DNA of 64,000 nt, taken from contig NC_058132.1 in NCBI RefSeq assembly GCF_016433145.1, positions 129,541,680-129,605,679 of the forward strand, read 5' to 3'. The notes beneath the pieces were generated by a model. That model made no database searches, had not been told where the DNA came from, and saw only the letters and a program-made list of their open reading frames with translations. Of the stretch, positions 1 to 13,959 are shown one piece after another (the first letter of the stretch is position 1; every line of letters begins with the position of its first letter). Source of the stretch: Gracilinanus agilis (Eukaryota). The translations under genes were made by a program, and so were the position numbers.

Positions 1-984
1 ATATTAGACCAGAATATAGAGAATGAATAGTTCATATTATAACTGTTAACCACTCCCTCAAAGGAGGTCAGGGACTAAGAGAAACAATAAACAGGAGTGG
101 AATATAAATTATGGAATGGAAATCAACTTGTATGAACAATGCATTAGAAAAAGTTTATATTATTTATGTAATATTTAAAATAGATCAATACAAATATGAA
201 GTTTAGATGGGAGGATTTAAGGTATGACTATAGGCTGCCTTTGCATTACCGGTTGAGGGACTATTCCAAAGAAAGTCAGAAATACCTGTAAATGGAAAGC
301 TTCAATCTACTTTACCAGTGCCTTGACCATTGGAGACAAGATGATCAGCAGCTAAAAGTCTTTTTAGGAACAACTGTGTTACATAATTCAAGGACAGAGA
401 AGTTCTGATGATAGCAAGGGAAGATGTACTGTTATTTTAAAAATGATGAAGGCTGATATTATGAGGAAAAATAATATTTTAATTAGGCCCATGTTGATAG
501 AATAAAATCGGACCACATGCCTGGCTAAGATCTCTTCAAACTGCTCCCCAGTCCATTCCTTCCATTTCCTTTGGCCCCTTTGTAGGACAGAGAGCAAGCC
601 TAAGCTCCACCCCTAATTTTAAGTCATGCTCTACATTGGTTCCCTTTGGTAATCACATCAGAAACTGGAAACCCATTGGATCACAGAAAATGTAGTCTCA
701 AAGCCCCCCACATGTCCACAGGAAGTTTGTCATATATCTACATATCTTGAGGCTTAATACTTCTAAACAGAATCCCAGAAATTCTAAATAGCACAGTGGA
801 AAATGTATTCTAGTCTACAGTGAGAAATCTGCACTAGGAGTAAGAAGTGTTGACGAACTAGATGTAGGTAATAGGAGAATTAGGCTACTTAGGAATGGAA
901 CAGACAGGTTTAGAGTCAGGGTTAAGCAAACCAGAACAGAGCAGAATGATCAGTTCTATAGACCATAAATGAAAGCAATAAATA

Positions 985-1200
985 GAAACTTCAAGCGACA
1001 TCTTTTCAACTTAACATAAGGAAAAACTTCCTAGCAATTAAGATGTTTAGAAATAGAATGGAATACCTCAACAGACAGCAAATTCCCCGACTCTGGAGGT
1101 CTAAAAGCAGTAACTGAGTTACTGCTTGTCAACAATGTAAAGGCAAGTCTTGTTCAGGCACAGTTAGACAAAATGGTATCTGAGGACCTTTCCATTTTTG
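985..1200 (+). mobile_element. L3/CR1 3' fragment
   Basis: ATAAGGAAAAACTTCCTAGCAATT..AATTCCCCGACTCTGGAGGTCTAAAAGCAG matches the L3 3' motif as recalled. Confidence 0.6.
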
Positions 1201-1239
1201 GAATCCAGTGAAATTCATAGTTAGGAGCTGATAGCTAAG

Positions 1240-2115
1240 AAATAGCTTTAAGGAAAATCTTTTACAAACATGTAAGATTTCAACTAGAAAGGACTTAAGG
1301 GAAGCCTTTATAGGCATAGGGGATGGCTTAAATAAAGGCAGAGAAGAAAGGAATGATGGGTTATGTTTGGGAGAAGGCAAGTAATCCAGTTTGGTTAGAA
1401 TTTAGAGTGTATGAAAGGGAAGAGATACTTCCATGACTGCAAAAGTAAATCAGAAACATTTTAGAGTCTCGGATTTTAGTAGGCATCAAGAAGCCATTAA
1501 GAGGCTTTTAAGTAATAGCATTCTCTCTAATCAAAGCTTGTATGTTAAGATATGCTCAATCTGGAAACGGAAGTTGACTCTTTGAATGCAGGAGAAAGAA
1601 GAAAGGCAGGAGATAGGAAGATGAATTATGAGGAAAGAAGTAATAAGGGTCTGAAGTAGGGCAATGGGAATAGTTTAAAGTGGGAAGAGTGAACAGATAG
1701 CAAAACCAACAGGACTTAGCTAATGATTTGATGTGAGGAGAGTCAAGGAGAATGAAAGAGTGACAGGAGGGAGAAGCAGGGAAGTCAGGAATATCAAATT
1801 GTGAAGGAAAGATGACAAGCTTAATTTAAAGCATACTGAGTTTCTGGTATCCATAGAACATCTATAAACATAGATAAGGGAGTTATCAGAGTAGTGGTCA
1901 TAACTGGAGTCATGGAAATGGATGAAATCTTCAGGTATTTCTCTTCAAGTATCTAAGATGAGAGAATCAAGGATAGAATCTTATCTGAGGCAGGGAAAAG
2001 GGGAAGAAGAAAAGCTGGAAAGGGAAACTAAAAATAAGCTAAGAATACAAAAGAATACAAAGTTTTAGAAAAGAAGAGAATGTGTCTAACTGTTAATGTT
2101 GCAGAAAGTTCTAGC
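1240..2115 (-). mobile_element. L2 remnant
   Basis: Purine-rich antisense-L2 pattern (GATTTGATGTGAGG..GGAGTCATGGAAATGGATGAAATC..GTTGCAGAAAGTT). Confidence 0.55.
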
Positions 2116-2573
2116 AAAATGTTCTTTTTTACATGTAATAGGGGAAAAATAAAAAAACTTTCAAATGTCTTAAAATAAAAAATAAATGTCTAGAAGATGT
2201 TCTTTCCCCTTCCCTCCCTCCTTGGATCATATTAGATAACCATACCTGTTGGCCACATGAAAGCTCTGGGTCATGAATGATCTCTCTCTGTCTGAGAGGC
2301 CCCCTTATTGTTGATATTAAAGAGCTAAGAACTCGGGGGATTCGTTAAAACAAGACAGCTTCTGGCTGGCTGGTTCCCTCTTAAGTTCATCTCTTAAAGT
2401 CACAAGATATAATTCTAGTGTTGAGAAAGGAAGGGCAAGGTCTTTTCTCTGGCCACAGTGTTATGGCAATCCCATCCAAGAGGCAGCTGGTGCTAGGAGA
2501 TATAGGCGAGTGAGCTTATAGTTGGACTAGTTGATTTTATCTTTCTTTTGTCTAGAAATCTATAGTATTCTTT

Positions 2574-2879
2574 CTTATTTCTTTTTTTAATTTTAATTTT
2601 GAATATTTTCCCCTAGTTACATATTTCATGTTCTTTCCCGTTCCCCCAAAACCCCCATCCCCCTCTTAGCTGATGCACAATTCCACTGGGTATTACATGT
2701 ATCATTGATTAAGACCTAATTCCTTATTATTGATATTTGGACTAGAGTTATCATTTAATGTCTTCATCCTCAATAATATCCCCAATAGCCCATGTGTTCA
2801 AGCAGTTGTTTTTCTTCTGCATTTCTATTCCCATAGTTCTTCCTCTGCATATGGCTAGTTTCCTTTCTCATAAATCCAA
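2574..2879 (-). mobile_element. 5'-truncated L1 3' end
   Basis: Poly-T followed by sequence clearly homologous to the copy at 52784-53209; probable TSD ATAGTATT(C/A)TTT at 2562-2573 and 2880-2891. Confidence 0.8.
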
Positions 2880-4011
2880 ATAGTATTATTTCTCAAGATG
2901 ACAGACATAACAATATCCACCAGCATGACATAGCAGCAGTGATGGCCACCAAAATGGCAGTAGCTGACAGAAGTGAAAATGTTATCTTTATAGGAGAAAG
3001 GCTACCAGACAAGATTAGCTAGGTTGCTCCTTTACTGGGGAGTGGGGGTGGTACTAGGAGTTGATCAGAAAGTACAAGTGATTGAAAATGTTAAATGGCT
3101 AATTAATAGCCTTTCCAAATGCTCTATAGCATGACGAGGCTTAAATACCAGCCTTTCAGCAGATTGTAACTATGGTTATAAATTGTTACTAAATCTCCTT
3201 TAAATTGTTCTATTTGGGTGCACTATGATAATTATGGGTTTAGAGTTTCTTTAAAAAAATAAAGGACTTGGGCCATTTATGATACATTTTGTGCACTGAG
3301 TACTTTTTCAGAGGAAATTTCATTTGAAAGCTATGAATAAAATTCTGCTGGGAATGCCAATATTGAGATTGATACACCAATGAATTCAAAGGATAATTTG
3401 CCCTTAGAAACAAACCCTGGGGCAAATCACAATGACAAACCACAAGGGAACAAGTATCAGTGCACATTGTCAGTTCACTCTCCATCTCCACTAATAGAAT
3501 AAGATCTTCTATGGTCTAAGAACTATTAAGTCCAAAAATAAGGACTAAGAAAAGGACTTGGTCATAGGTGACTTTCAAAAGCTCAATTTCCTCAAATGAT
3601 GAAGATAGAAGATAACTTCACAGGGTAGAAAAGAGCAGAAGGGCAACTCCCTTTTAATAGGTTTTTGGAGAATACAGAGCAAAACGTAGAGAAGGGTAGG
3701 TAATATCATTGGTCCTAAGGGTTAGAATTTTAGGGAGCTCTGCCTTTGCAAAGGAAGGCTGATGAGAAAAAAAGTCTACATTCGGGAAGTCAGTTCTCAG
3801 CCCATTCAAGTGGGCCCTGGGAGGTAAGGTGGACATCATGGATTCAATAGGAAGGCTTGACTTTCTCATGATCTAATATGTCAAGGTTGGGACTTTGGAG
3901 ATCCACAGCAATTCTACAGGACTCAAGATGATAAATGCTTCCAGACAGAGAGTTGTTGGGCTCATACAGAAAGAAGCATTTTTTTCTTTTCTGTATTTCC
4001 TTTGCTTTTTT

Positions 4012-4197
4012 TTTTTATTTTAAACCCTTAACTTCTGTGTATTAACTTATAGGTGGAAGAGTGGTAAGGGTAGGCAATGGGAGTCAAGTGACTTGCCCAG
4101 GGTCACACAGCTGGGAAGTGTCTGAGGTCGGATTTGAACCTAGGACCTCCCGTCTCTAGGCCTGGCTCTCAATCCACTGAGCTACTCAGCTGCCCCC
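4012..4197 (-). mobile_element. SINE1-type (didelphid tRNA-derived SINE), full length
   Basis: Reverse complement begins GGGGCAGCTGAGTAGCTCAGTGGATTGAGAG, has a B box and A-tail; TSD CCTTTGCTTTTTT at 3999-4011 and 4198-4210. Confidence 0.9.
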
Positions 4198-4849
4198 CCT
4201 TTGCTTTTTTTTTTATAACGTGTCTTATGAAGAAATGTTTTGCAAAATTATATATACAATGAGTATCATATTTCTTGCCTTCTCAAATGGGAGGAGGAGA
4301 TGGAAGGAAGAAGAGAATGTGAAAGTGAAAAAATAAAATAAAATTTTAAAAGAATTTTTAAAATTAAATGTGTGGTTGGGATTGGGCTGGGAACACAAAG
4401 AGAAGAGAGAAGGATCAGAACAGGTAACAATGAATAATAATACCTTGGGTAAAATTGTTGGTGCTGAAACAAATCAGAACCAGAACTAATACTAAATCCA
4501 AACCCCAAATTTAGTAACTACACAGGTCAAGAATCTCTGAAGGAACAAAAGAACAAAGCTGATATAGGAAGGAGGGTACAGGGTACCTCAGGATTGGACA
4601 AGGCGTATTGCTGGGACTTGAAGGATAGGAAAGGGAAATGTGGCATTCCTTGATTGGACTGAGCCTCATAACAGAAAAGGCTCTTCCACAGGTTAGCTAT
4701 CTCTTCAACCCTCCCCCACCCCAATAGATAGGACTGTCTTTGCTGTTTTAGTGATAAGGAAAGTACCAGATGGAGTGGAGGCTGCAAAGCAAACAGGGCC
4801 AGGGACAAAATAGAGGAACTGCAAAGAAAATGGCTTTCTCAGCTACTCA

Positions 4850-5050
4850 CAATAGCTAGCATTTATATAGCTCTTTTTTCGCAAAGCATTTTACAAATAT
4901 TATTTTACTTTATCCTCTCAACACCTGAGAAAAGAAGTGGGTACAATTATCACTATTCCATATCACAAATGAGGAAACAATCTGAGTGAGGTAAGTGACT
5001 TGCTTAGGGTTACACAGCACTAACTGAGACAGAATTTGACTTCAGACCAG
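4850..5050 (-). mobile_element. MIR
   Basis: ATAGCTAGCATTTATATAGC..CAAATGAGGAAAC..GTGACTTGCTTAGGGTTACACAGC. Confidence 0.7.
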
Positions 5051-5539
5051 ATTAAACGACAATATCCTAAAAGAATTGCCATTTATATTTTAAGCAATAG
5101 TCTGTCAACTAGAGGATAAATAAGATTTCTCAAACAAACTGAATATCTCATATATTAATAAAGCATTAGTAGAATATTTATGGTCCCTATTACTGTACTA
5201 CAGTACAATAAGTTTTTGTTTCCTTTTTTATTTACAGTTTTATAAAAGCTAAGTTTGTAAACAAAATACAATTTCTAATACATTCAATCAGCAATGGTGA
5301 AATTATGAAATTAATATGTATAAAATATCACAATCATGTTTTACCAGATACTTGTATGACAAGCAGTTTGAAATAGAAATAAAGCATTTAGGTATAAAAC
5401 TATTTGATCATAATTTTCATATTTACTCTGTAGTATTTATATCAGAAGATTTATGCTGAACCACTAAGAAAAGAAGGATTCTGAAAGGCAAAGACATGGA
5501 GGCGGTACTTTGTAGCCATCATGAAGTCATGGAGGTGGA

Positions 5540-5775
5540 AGATACCATCTCTCACATCAGATCAGCTAAAGTTACAAAAAAGGAAAATGACAAATGTTGG
5601 AGGGGATGTGAAAAAACAGGGACACTAATGCACTATTATTGTAGTTATTAATTTATCCAACCAGTTGGTAGAAAAGAAGTGGAAATTGACGGAATACCCA
5701 TCAATAGAGAATGGCTAAACAAGTTATGGCATATGATTGTGATGGAATACTATTATGCTGTAAAAAATTACAATT
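5540..5775 (+). mobile_element. L1 ORF2 C-terminal fragments
   Basis: AAAGGAAAATGACAAATGTTGGAGGGGATGTG and GAATGGCTAAACAAGTTATGGCATATG..GGAATACTATT are typical L1 ORF2 end motifs. Confidence 0.75.
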
Positions 5776-6109
5776 TAGTATGAAACAAGAAGAAAAGCCA
5801 TAAAGTTGTTCACTGCTGCTTTTAGGGAAAAGGAGGATTATAATTGATAAGGCTGCATCAATTTGGAATGTGAGGAGGCATAGAGATTTTTTGGAAAAAA
5901 AATAACTAGTAATCTATATCTGGATGAAAAAGCAAATAAATTAATGTGGGAATTTAGGATGCATAGTTAATATGCTGGTTGATGCACCTATGCTAGGGAA
6001 ATTTTTCTTTATGTATTACTATATAGCATTATGAACTTGAATTCTGATCCCAACTTCTCTTCATAGTTGAGAACTTAAAGCTATATAGAAAGAGTTACAA
6101 GGGAATTGT

Positions 6110-9100
6110 TTTCATCTGCCCTTTATGTCTTAAACATTGATCTATTTTTAACTTATTTTGGTATATGATATGAGATGGTGGTCTATGCTTAGGCTCTGCC
6201 AAACTACTTCACAGTTTTCCTAGCAATTTTTATCAAATAGTGAGTTCCTGCCACAAAATCTTGGATCTTTGAATTTTTCAAACACTAGAATATAGTGGCC
6301 ATTTTGTACTACATATTGCATGCCTGATCTATTCCATTGATCCACTACTGTATTTCTTAGCCAGAACCAAATTATTTTGATAATAACCATGTTGTAATAC
6401 ATTTTGAAATCTGATATTTATTGCTAAACCACCTTCCTCACATTTTTCCTTTGATATTTTTGATCATTCATTCTTCCAGATGAATTGCTATTATTTTTTC
6501 AAGCAATAAAAATATTTTTTTGGAGTTTGGTATGGTACTGAATAAGTAAATTAACTTAGAATTGTCATTTTTATTATAGTGTTTTTATCATATTGGCTCA
6601 GCCTACCCATGAGCAATTAATATTTTTCCAAAGTTTTAGATCTTTATTTGCATGAAAAAGTCTTTTGTAATTGTTTTCATATAATCTCTGGGTTTGTTTC
6701 ATCAAGTAAACTTCCAAGTATTTTATATTGTCTGCAATTAAATTATATGGAATTTCTCTATCTCTTCCTGCTTATCTTGGATTCTGCTCTTCCTGCTTAT
6801 TTTGACTCGTAAAACTGCATCAACACATTGTAGAATTATAGTTTCTAATCCATTCTGCTCTCCATTTCCATTTTGTGGGTGAATTCATATGTCTGACATA
6901 AAGTTATAATTATTAATTGTGCATTTCCCTCAATACTAGTTTCTTCTATTTGTCCTTCTCTTTCTTTTTATCCTGCCCCTCCTCTAAATCTGTTTTGTGA
7001 CCACTGCCTTCCTTTATCTGCCTTCCCTTTTACAACCCTCCCACCCTGCTTTTTCTCCTTTCCCTTCTTCCCAATTTACTAAGATTGATTTCTGTATCCA
7101 ATTGAATGTGTACATGTATTTTTCTCTCTTTGAACCAATTTAGATGAGAACTTCCGTTCAAGGGTTGCCTGCCCTCTCCACCATTTTCCCCTCCACCATA
7201 AAACTCTGTGCATGTATTTGTTGTGAAGTAATTTTCCTTATTCTTCCTCCCTTCCCCCCTTCTCCCAGTGCATTCCTCTCTCTCATTCCAACCATAATTT
7301 TTAGATCATCCCAACATAACTGGCTCATTCCTATGCCCTCTTTCTATGTAGACACCTTCTAACTATTCTAATAATGACAAAGTTCTTAAAGGTTGCATGA
7401 ATCATCTAGGAATATAAGTATTTTAAACTTATTGAATCCCTTACGATTCTTTCATATTTGCCTTCTTATGATTCTCAAGTCAGATTTTTCTATTTATCTC
7501 CAGTCTTTTCATTAGGGATACTTAAAAATGGCCTATTTTATTAAATATCCATTTTCACCCTGAATGATTACACTCAATTTTGCTGGGTGGATTATTCCTG
7601 GTTGTAATCTTAGCTCTTTTGCCTTCCAGAATATAATAGCACAAGCTCTTCACTCCTTTAATATGTTAGCTTTTAAATCATGTGATCTTTATTAAGGCTC
7701 CAGGATATCTGAATGCTTTCTGGCTGATTGCAGTATTTTCTCTTAGACCTGGGAGCTCTGGAATTTGGCTACAAATATTCCTAGAAGTTTACATTTTGGG
7801 AACTTTAGGGAAGTTTTCCTTGATAATTTCTTGAAAGAAGATGTAAAGATTCTTTTTTTTATCATGGCTTTCAGGTAATCCAATAATTCTTAAATTATCT
7901 CTCCTTGGTCTATTTTCCAGGTTAGTTATTTTTTCCAAAGAGGTTTTTCACATTTTCTTTTTTTTAATCTTTTTGCATTATTTTGTTTTTTGATGGCTCA
8001 TGTAGTCATTAGCTTCCACTTGCCCAGTGCTAATTTTTAAGAATTTCTTTGATTCAGTTAATTTTCTGCTTCATTTTGCCAATTATACTTTTAAAGGCTT
8101 TCTATAGTGAATTTTTCTGCCTCCTTTGCCAAGCTGTTGTTTTATAATTTTCTTTCTTTGCTCTCATTTATTTACACAATTTTCCTCTGATCCTCTTATT
8201 TAATTTTGAAAATCATTTTTAGTTATTCCTGGAATTCTCCACCCCCACCCCCCCCAAAAAAAACCCTTACCTTTTGTCTTAGTTAATTCTAAGACAGAAA
8301 AGTGTCAAGTGGCTTGCCCAGGGTTATACAGCTAGGGAGTATCTTGAGTTCAGATTTGAATTCAGGTCCTCCTAACTCCAGGACTGGTACTCTATTGACT
8401 ATGAAGGCTACACTTCTTTCATGAATTCTTATTAAGCTTCTGACAAATTTACTTTTTTTCTAAGCTTTGCTTGTGAATGTTTTAACATTATTGCGTTCTT
8501 CTGTTTTTGTGTCTCAATTTTCCCTGTCACCATAATAGATTTTTATGATCAGATTTTTTTTGTTTTGTTCTTTCATTTTTCCAGCCCATTTCTTGACTTT
8601 GACCTTTAAAATAAAATTGACCTCTGACCCTGGTGTGAGAGGAGCAAGGAGAGACATTGTTCTAAGTTTCATACTTTGTCACCCTTTTAACACACTTTAT
8701 CACATTGTAACATCAGTAATGACACTCCTATAGTTCTTTAAAATAGTAAAAAAGAAGAAAACATGATTTTAGAATCAGGAGAAAATACAAAAACGACTAA
8801 CTCAATATGGCCCAACAATTATTTTTTCTTGGCCAAGTGTAAAAGTCTAGGTGGAATCTGACCATGCTAGTTATCATCCCAGGCAATTATTTGTTACTTC
8901 TCTTTTGATAATATGATAAAAACCCTCTCAAATAGGCCCCTTTAAGAGGCACTGGAGGAAGTACCAGCCTCTCTTTGGAGTTTACCTCTCCCTGTAGCAT
9001 GAAAGTCCAAGCCCTTTTGCTCTCAATTTTATTTTTGCTTGAATGAATACCTTTTAAAGGAAAACTCTGAACATTAAAAAACTTTTTTTTAAAATTTTAA

Positions 9101-9720
9101 AAAGTTTGTAAATCTAGTTGGGAGGAGGGGGAAAGTTTTTGGTGCTTTCAAGGTGGTATGATCCAGAGAGAGGCATGGTCACTGTGCTCCTGGTCTATTC
9201 TCTGATGCTGTGATCAGGAAGCATCCTTGATCCCTTGAGATGATAATTGATACCGCTCCTCAGGGTGCCTGCTCCCTTGTGCCTGAAAGTGCTCCTCTCT
9301 GCCTTTGAACCTTTTCTGTAACCCAGAAAAGGATAAAGATCATGGTGTTGCCAAACAGTATCCAGTCCTGTACTTAGTGCTAACACAGGGATCCTTTATA
9401 ATTTCTTTCTCAACAGTAAACCAATTCTATTAAAAGCTCCTGAAGTGGCTACTATTGCTGTTGCCACCACACAGTTCCACCACTGGTTGTTGCATCCACA
9501 TGGATTCCATGCCCTCTCCCCTCCTACTCCTGCTCATATCAAACATTTCTCCCTCCCTCTTCCTACATTGTCATAGGATTAAAAAATGTCTCATCTGATC
9601 TTTTGTTGACTATTCCCCGAATTTAATTTGAGGCTTTATTTTAAAGTGTTTTTTTTTAAGAGAATACTGGGAGAGTTCAGCTTAGGTGCTTTCTCTACCT
9701 TTCTAACTTGGTTCTCCCCT
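6110..9720 (-). mobile_element. Degraded, internally deleted L1 (ORF2 pieces, ORF1, 5'UTR-like) with nested SINE at ~8255-8400
   Basis: Track ORF 6220-6402 (YYNMVIIKIIWFWLRN..VDQWNR) is the L1 ORF2 YYKA.VIKT.WYW..NR..DQWNR block. ORF1-like sequence at ~7700-8220 and 5'UTR-like sequence at ~9140-9720. Confidence 0.75.
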
Positions 9721-10844
9721 TTCTTCCCCACCATAGCTTACATTTATATATCACCATAAAGTTGTAAAAAGCTTTACACATCTCATTTGGTCATTATTCC
9801 TCTTCTAGAAACAAGAAAACAAGCTCAGAGGGTTACATGACTTTCCCAGAATCAAATGGCTGAGGTAGGAGTCTATTAGTCCACAAGCATTTAAGTGCCT
9901 ACTATGTGCCAAATACTAGGCTAAGTTCTATGGGTACACAGACATAAGTCCCTCACTGACAGCATTCTGACCACTATGCCATGCTGCAAGGAATTAAGCT
10001 AGTATTTGTAACTACCTGTAAGCATGAGGAACTTAAAGACTTTCTGTCTTTGTGCTCTTTAGTAGGCTAATTTATTAGAAAAACATATCTCTTTAACAAA
10101 TATAACAAGTAAATATGATGTATTTTACCTAGTATGATTTGTAAAACTCTCCAAAAGATCCCCAAGTAAAATCTTTCCCCCTTCTAGTTTTTTCTAAAGT
10201 TTGAAATTCCTACTACTACATCATTCATTAAGGATTAAATATGATATTAAGTCAGTGAAGTTTATATGTAGAAGTGCTGCCCAGTTACTTTCATAGCTGT
10301 GAAACATATACCTGCTACTCCGGTAACATTTGGTTTCAAGACAAATTCTACCAGCATGACAAGTGGAAAAAAATCTAGTATCCATTGCCTGCCCTGATAA
10401 GATCTATGACACCATAAGCCAGTCAGTATGCTGTAACTGAAGTCAGAGTGAAAGTCAGATCCATTGACAATGAGAAGTAGTCTAATATCTCCTAACCACT
10501 AAGAAATAACTATAGACATCAGATTGTGGCATAATACTCTAAGTTAACAGCAGTCACAGTGATGACTAGGGTTCTTTTCCTATCATTTCTTAACTCCTCA
10601 AAAAGCAATTCCTTTTTAGGGACTAGGTTAGAACAACTCTCTCTTGTGTTGCCATGCATTTGAGTTAGAAGCTTCTGAATTGGCTTCCTATTTCATAGAT
10701 GTCCCATGGGGTATGATTATTTTCTCAATGAATAGCAATGTATGTTTTAGGGAGAGAAGAGTGGATTTAAATTTTTTTAATTTAAGTTTTAATTTTAAAA
10801 CTTAACAAATATATTTTCTCTTTTCTCCCCACTTCTTAATTTAA

Positions 10845-11800
10845 AAGGCTAAACAAGTTGTGCTGATCTATTGTACTATAAGAAGTTATGAGGATGGTTT
10901 CAGAAAAATCTAGGAAGAATTATATATGAATTCATGCAAAGTAAAGTGAGTAGAACCAAGAGAACATTGTACACAGTAACAGCAATATTACAAAGATTAC
11001 CAAATGGGAAATACTTACTCTGATCAAGATGGTAATCTAAGACATTTCCAGAGGATTAGTGAAAAGTGCTATTCACCTCCAGAGAGAGAACTGATGACAT
11101 CTAAATGCAAATTGATGCATTTTTTTTCTTTTCTTTTGCCTGTTTACTTTTGCAACATGACTAATAGGAAATATGTTTAGCATGACTGTATGTATAATCA
11201 GCATCAAACTGCTTGCCTTCTTAAGGAGGGATGGAACAGAAAGAATTTCAAACTCAAATTTTTTTAAGCGAATGTTTAGAAAATTTACATGTAGTAGAGA
11301 AATATTTGATGGAAAAAAATAAAAAAAATATATTTTTAAAAAGAAGCTACCAAATACATTTTCTTTGTGTTCACATTCCCTTTCATCTAATGGATTTCCT
11401 TGACTTCTAGAGTGATCAAGGACTTTTCACGCCTAAAGGCTCTGGTTGATTGGAATTACTTGAGAAAAGTTACTAAATTATTTACGCCCTTTGACCCAGA
11501 GGTTCTATTACTGGGACTATGTACCTCAAGAAAATTATTGATAGGAAAAAAAGACCCACAGACACAAAAGTATTCCCAACTAACACTATGGATAATAATA
11601 AAAAGCTGATATGTGCCCAATAATGGATTTTATGAGGAGCTACAGAGTAAAGAAAGAAGAATCAAAAGAACAATGACTTCAATGTTTAAAAAGCTAACAG
11701 GGAGAGGCACCAAAACACTAAACACAATGCTCAATGTTAAAATCATAATGTCAAATTTGAATGATTCATCCCTTCTGTTTTCAGCAAATGTGTAAGGTAA
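10845..11800 (+). mobile_element. Two adjacent L1 3' fragments (10845-11340; 11440-11800)
   Basis: L1 3'UTR-type sequence with A-tail at ~11315-11345; track ORF 11400-11609 contains KLFTPFDPEVLLLGL, similar to L1 ORF2 PFDPAIPLLG. Confidence 0.7.
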
Positions 11801-13959
11801 CAGATATATGCACACATATATATATGTATATTAAATATGCTATGAAAAAATGTCAATTAAATGTCATCATTAGGCGTGTTTGTTGGGATGTCTTAAGTGG
11901 AAATAAAATGTATCAAATCTAAAAATGAAAACATTTTGTCAAATGAAAAATGAATTTGTATTAGCTGCTACAGTAGAATTTAATACCAAGTTGGTAAATT
12001 AAGGTTGCCTTCAAGAAACAAATGTTTTCTTTTTATTAATTGAGGTACTTCCCATCAATAATGCAGATCTCTTGGCATCTCAAGTAGCCAAAAGATCCTG
12101 AATTCAGAGTGCAATACAATTTCATAAGCAGAGGACAAAGAATCGAACAAAAATCACATGATTGGCTTTGATATGGGTAACATCAAAGGTTTAGGAAATT
12201 ATGATTGGTTACAGAAATGAAGGTGGGCATAATAAATACACAAGAAATCAGATTCACCCCTTTCTGTCTGGAAAGAATGCCTTTTCTGAATTTTATGTGG
12301 CCCAGTTGCATTTCAAGGTCATAGTCACCAAACAGAGATATCATACTTGGAGGCGCTGTGGCATGAGAGAGGGTCACCTGAAATTTGTAAGGCTAGGGGC
12401 TTAGGATGGGACTAGGGTCAATTTGGTCCAGTTCTTAAGATGGCACCCAGTTATTATTCAGCTTCTAAACGACTGAAGTTATGTAAAGTAACAAATCTCC
12501 ATTTGTAGACCTGATTTATAGGTTTTGTTTAGAAAATATTTAATTAGGAGTATTTGTCATGGGAAACCTATAGTTCATACATTTAGCCACAGAGCTCCTA
12601 GTTTAGAGGCAAAGAGAAGCCCTGGGACTGATGCATGGAATGCAGAATATTTTACAGAGTAAACTCACTTAAGAGTGGAATAAAATATAAAATACAGAAC
12701 AGAATAGCAGAATTGGTTACATAACACCGAACCAATATCTACTTCTATCAATACACTATCGACCAGATGAATCTGTGAACCAAGGGCCAAGACCTAAACA
12801 GTTACAGGATAAAATCAATTATTTGTAAATAAGATCAATTAGAAATTGATTCAAGATCAATTTTAATCTTCCCATAGCACTTTTAAGTTTTACAAAGTGC
12901 TTTTTCATCACAGCCACATCTCTATAAGGTCCTATTAGCACCATTTTATAGATAAACTTGGGCTTGGAGAGGCTATGCCAAGGTCATCCAGTTAATAAGT
13001 GGTAGGGATGTCTCAGAACTAGCTCCTTTCAGTCTAAATCCAGTGTTCTTTCTACATGCTTGCAAGTTTCAATAGGTTTTGTTTTATTCGAACCTCTAAA
13101 TCAGTGGTTGTTTGTTCTCACCTGACAAGTATTAGCAAGTAACATCTTGTCATTTATGTTAAGTGAGGCAAGGAAGTTAAGTAATTCAATCAACTTCTAT
13201 CTTTTCCCTAAAAATATGGTTTTTGTTGTTATTGTTATGTTTTTCAAATACAATTTAAAAATATATCTTTATTTGAAAGTATTTAGATCAAGTGTGCAAG
13301 ATTCATTTCTCTCTGAGAGCACTAAGGCCTATATATACAGTTATCTAAAATGTATTGCAGATTTTGAGATATCTTGAAAATATATATTTTCTAGGAAGGA
13401 GGGTAAGTTTTCTTCTCTCCCTTTCCTAGTCAAATGACATGAGGTTACAAATCTTTAACTATAAGAAAGTATATATTATTACAAGTTATGAGTTAGAAAC
13501 ACTGTAAAGATACTTAAAAAATTTTTTTCAATGAACAAAAATAAATTCTACCCCATCACCACCATGAGAGTCATGTTAAAAAAAAAAAAAAAAGCATGTC
13601 TCCTTCATCACCCTGAATCCATTAATTCTCTGTCAGGAGGTGGATAGTAAGTATAGGCAATACTCTTAATTTACACAACCCAGTTTGCTTTTAATTTCTA
13701 TAAAGATAACTGATGTTTACAGAGTACTTTAATGTTTGTAAAGCTCTTTATATATCTACTTCACAACAACAAAGAAACAGGGGCCAAGGGAGATTGTCAC
13801 TCCCATAGTCACAAGGTCATGTAAATGTCAGTGGCTCTTTATACTACACTCTGTGGGATCCTTTCCAGAGGAATATTTTTTATAAAGTTGTGCTTATCTA
13901 CACAGAAGGTTTGCTGAGTATTAGATCTTAACTTCTTAAAATAGAAAATATTTATAGTA

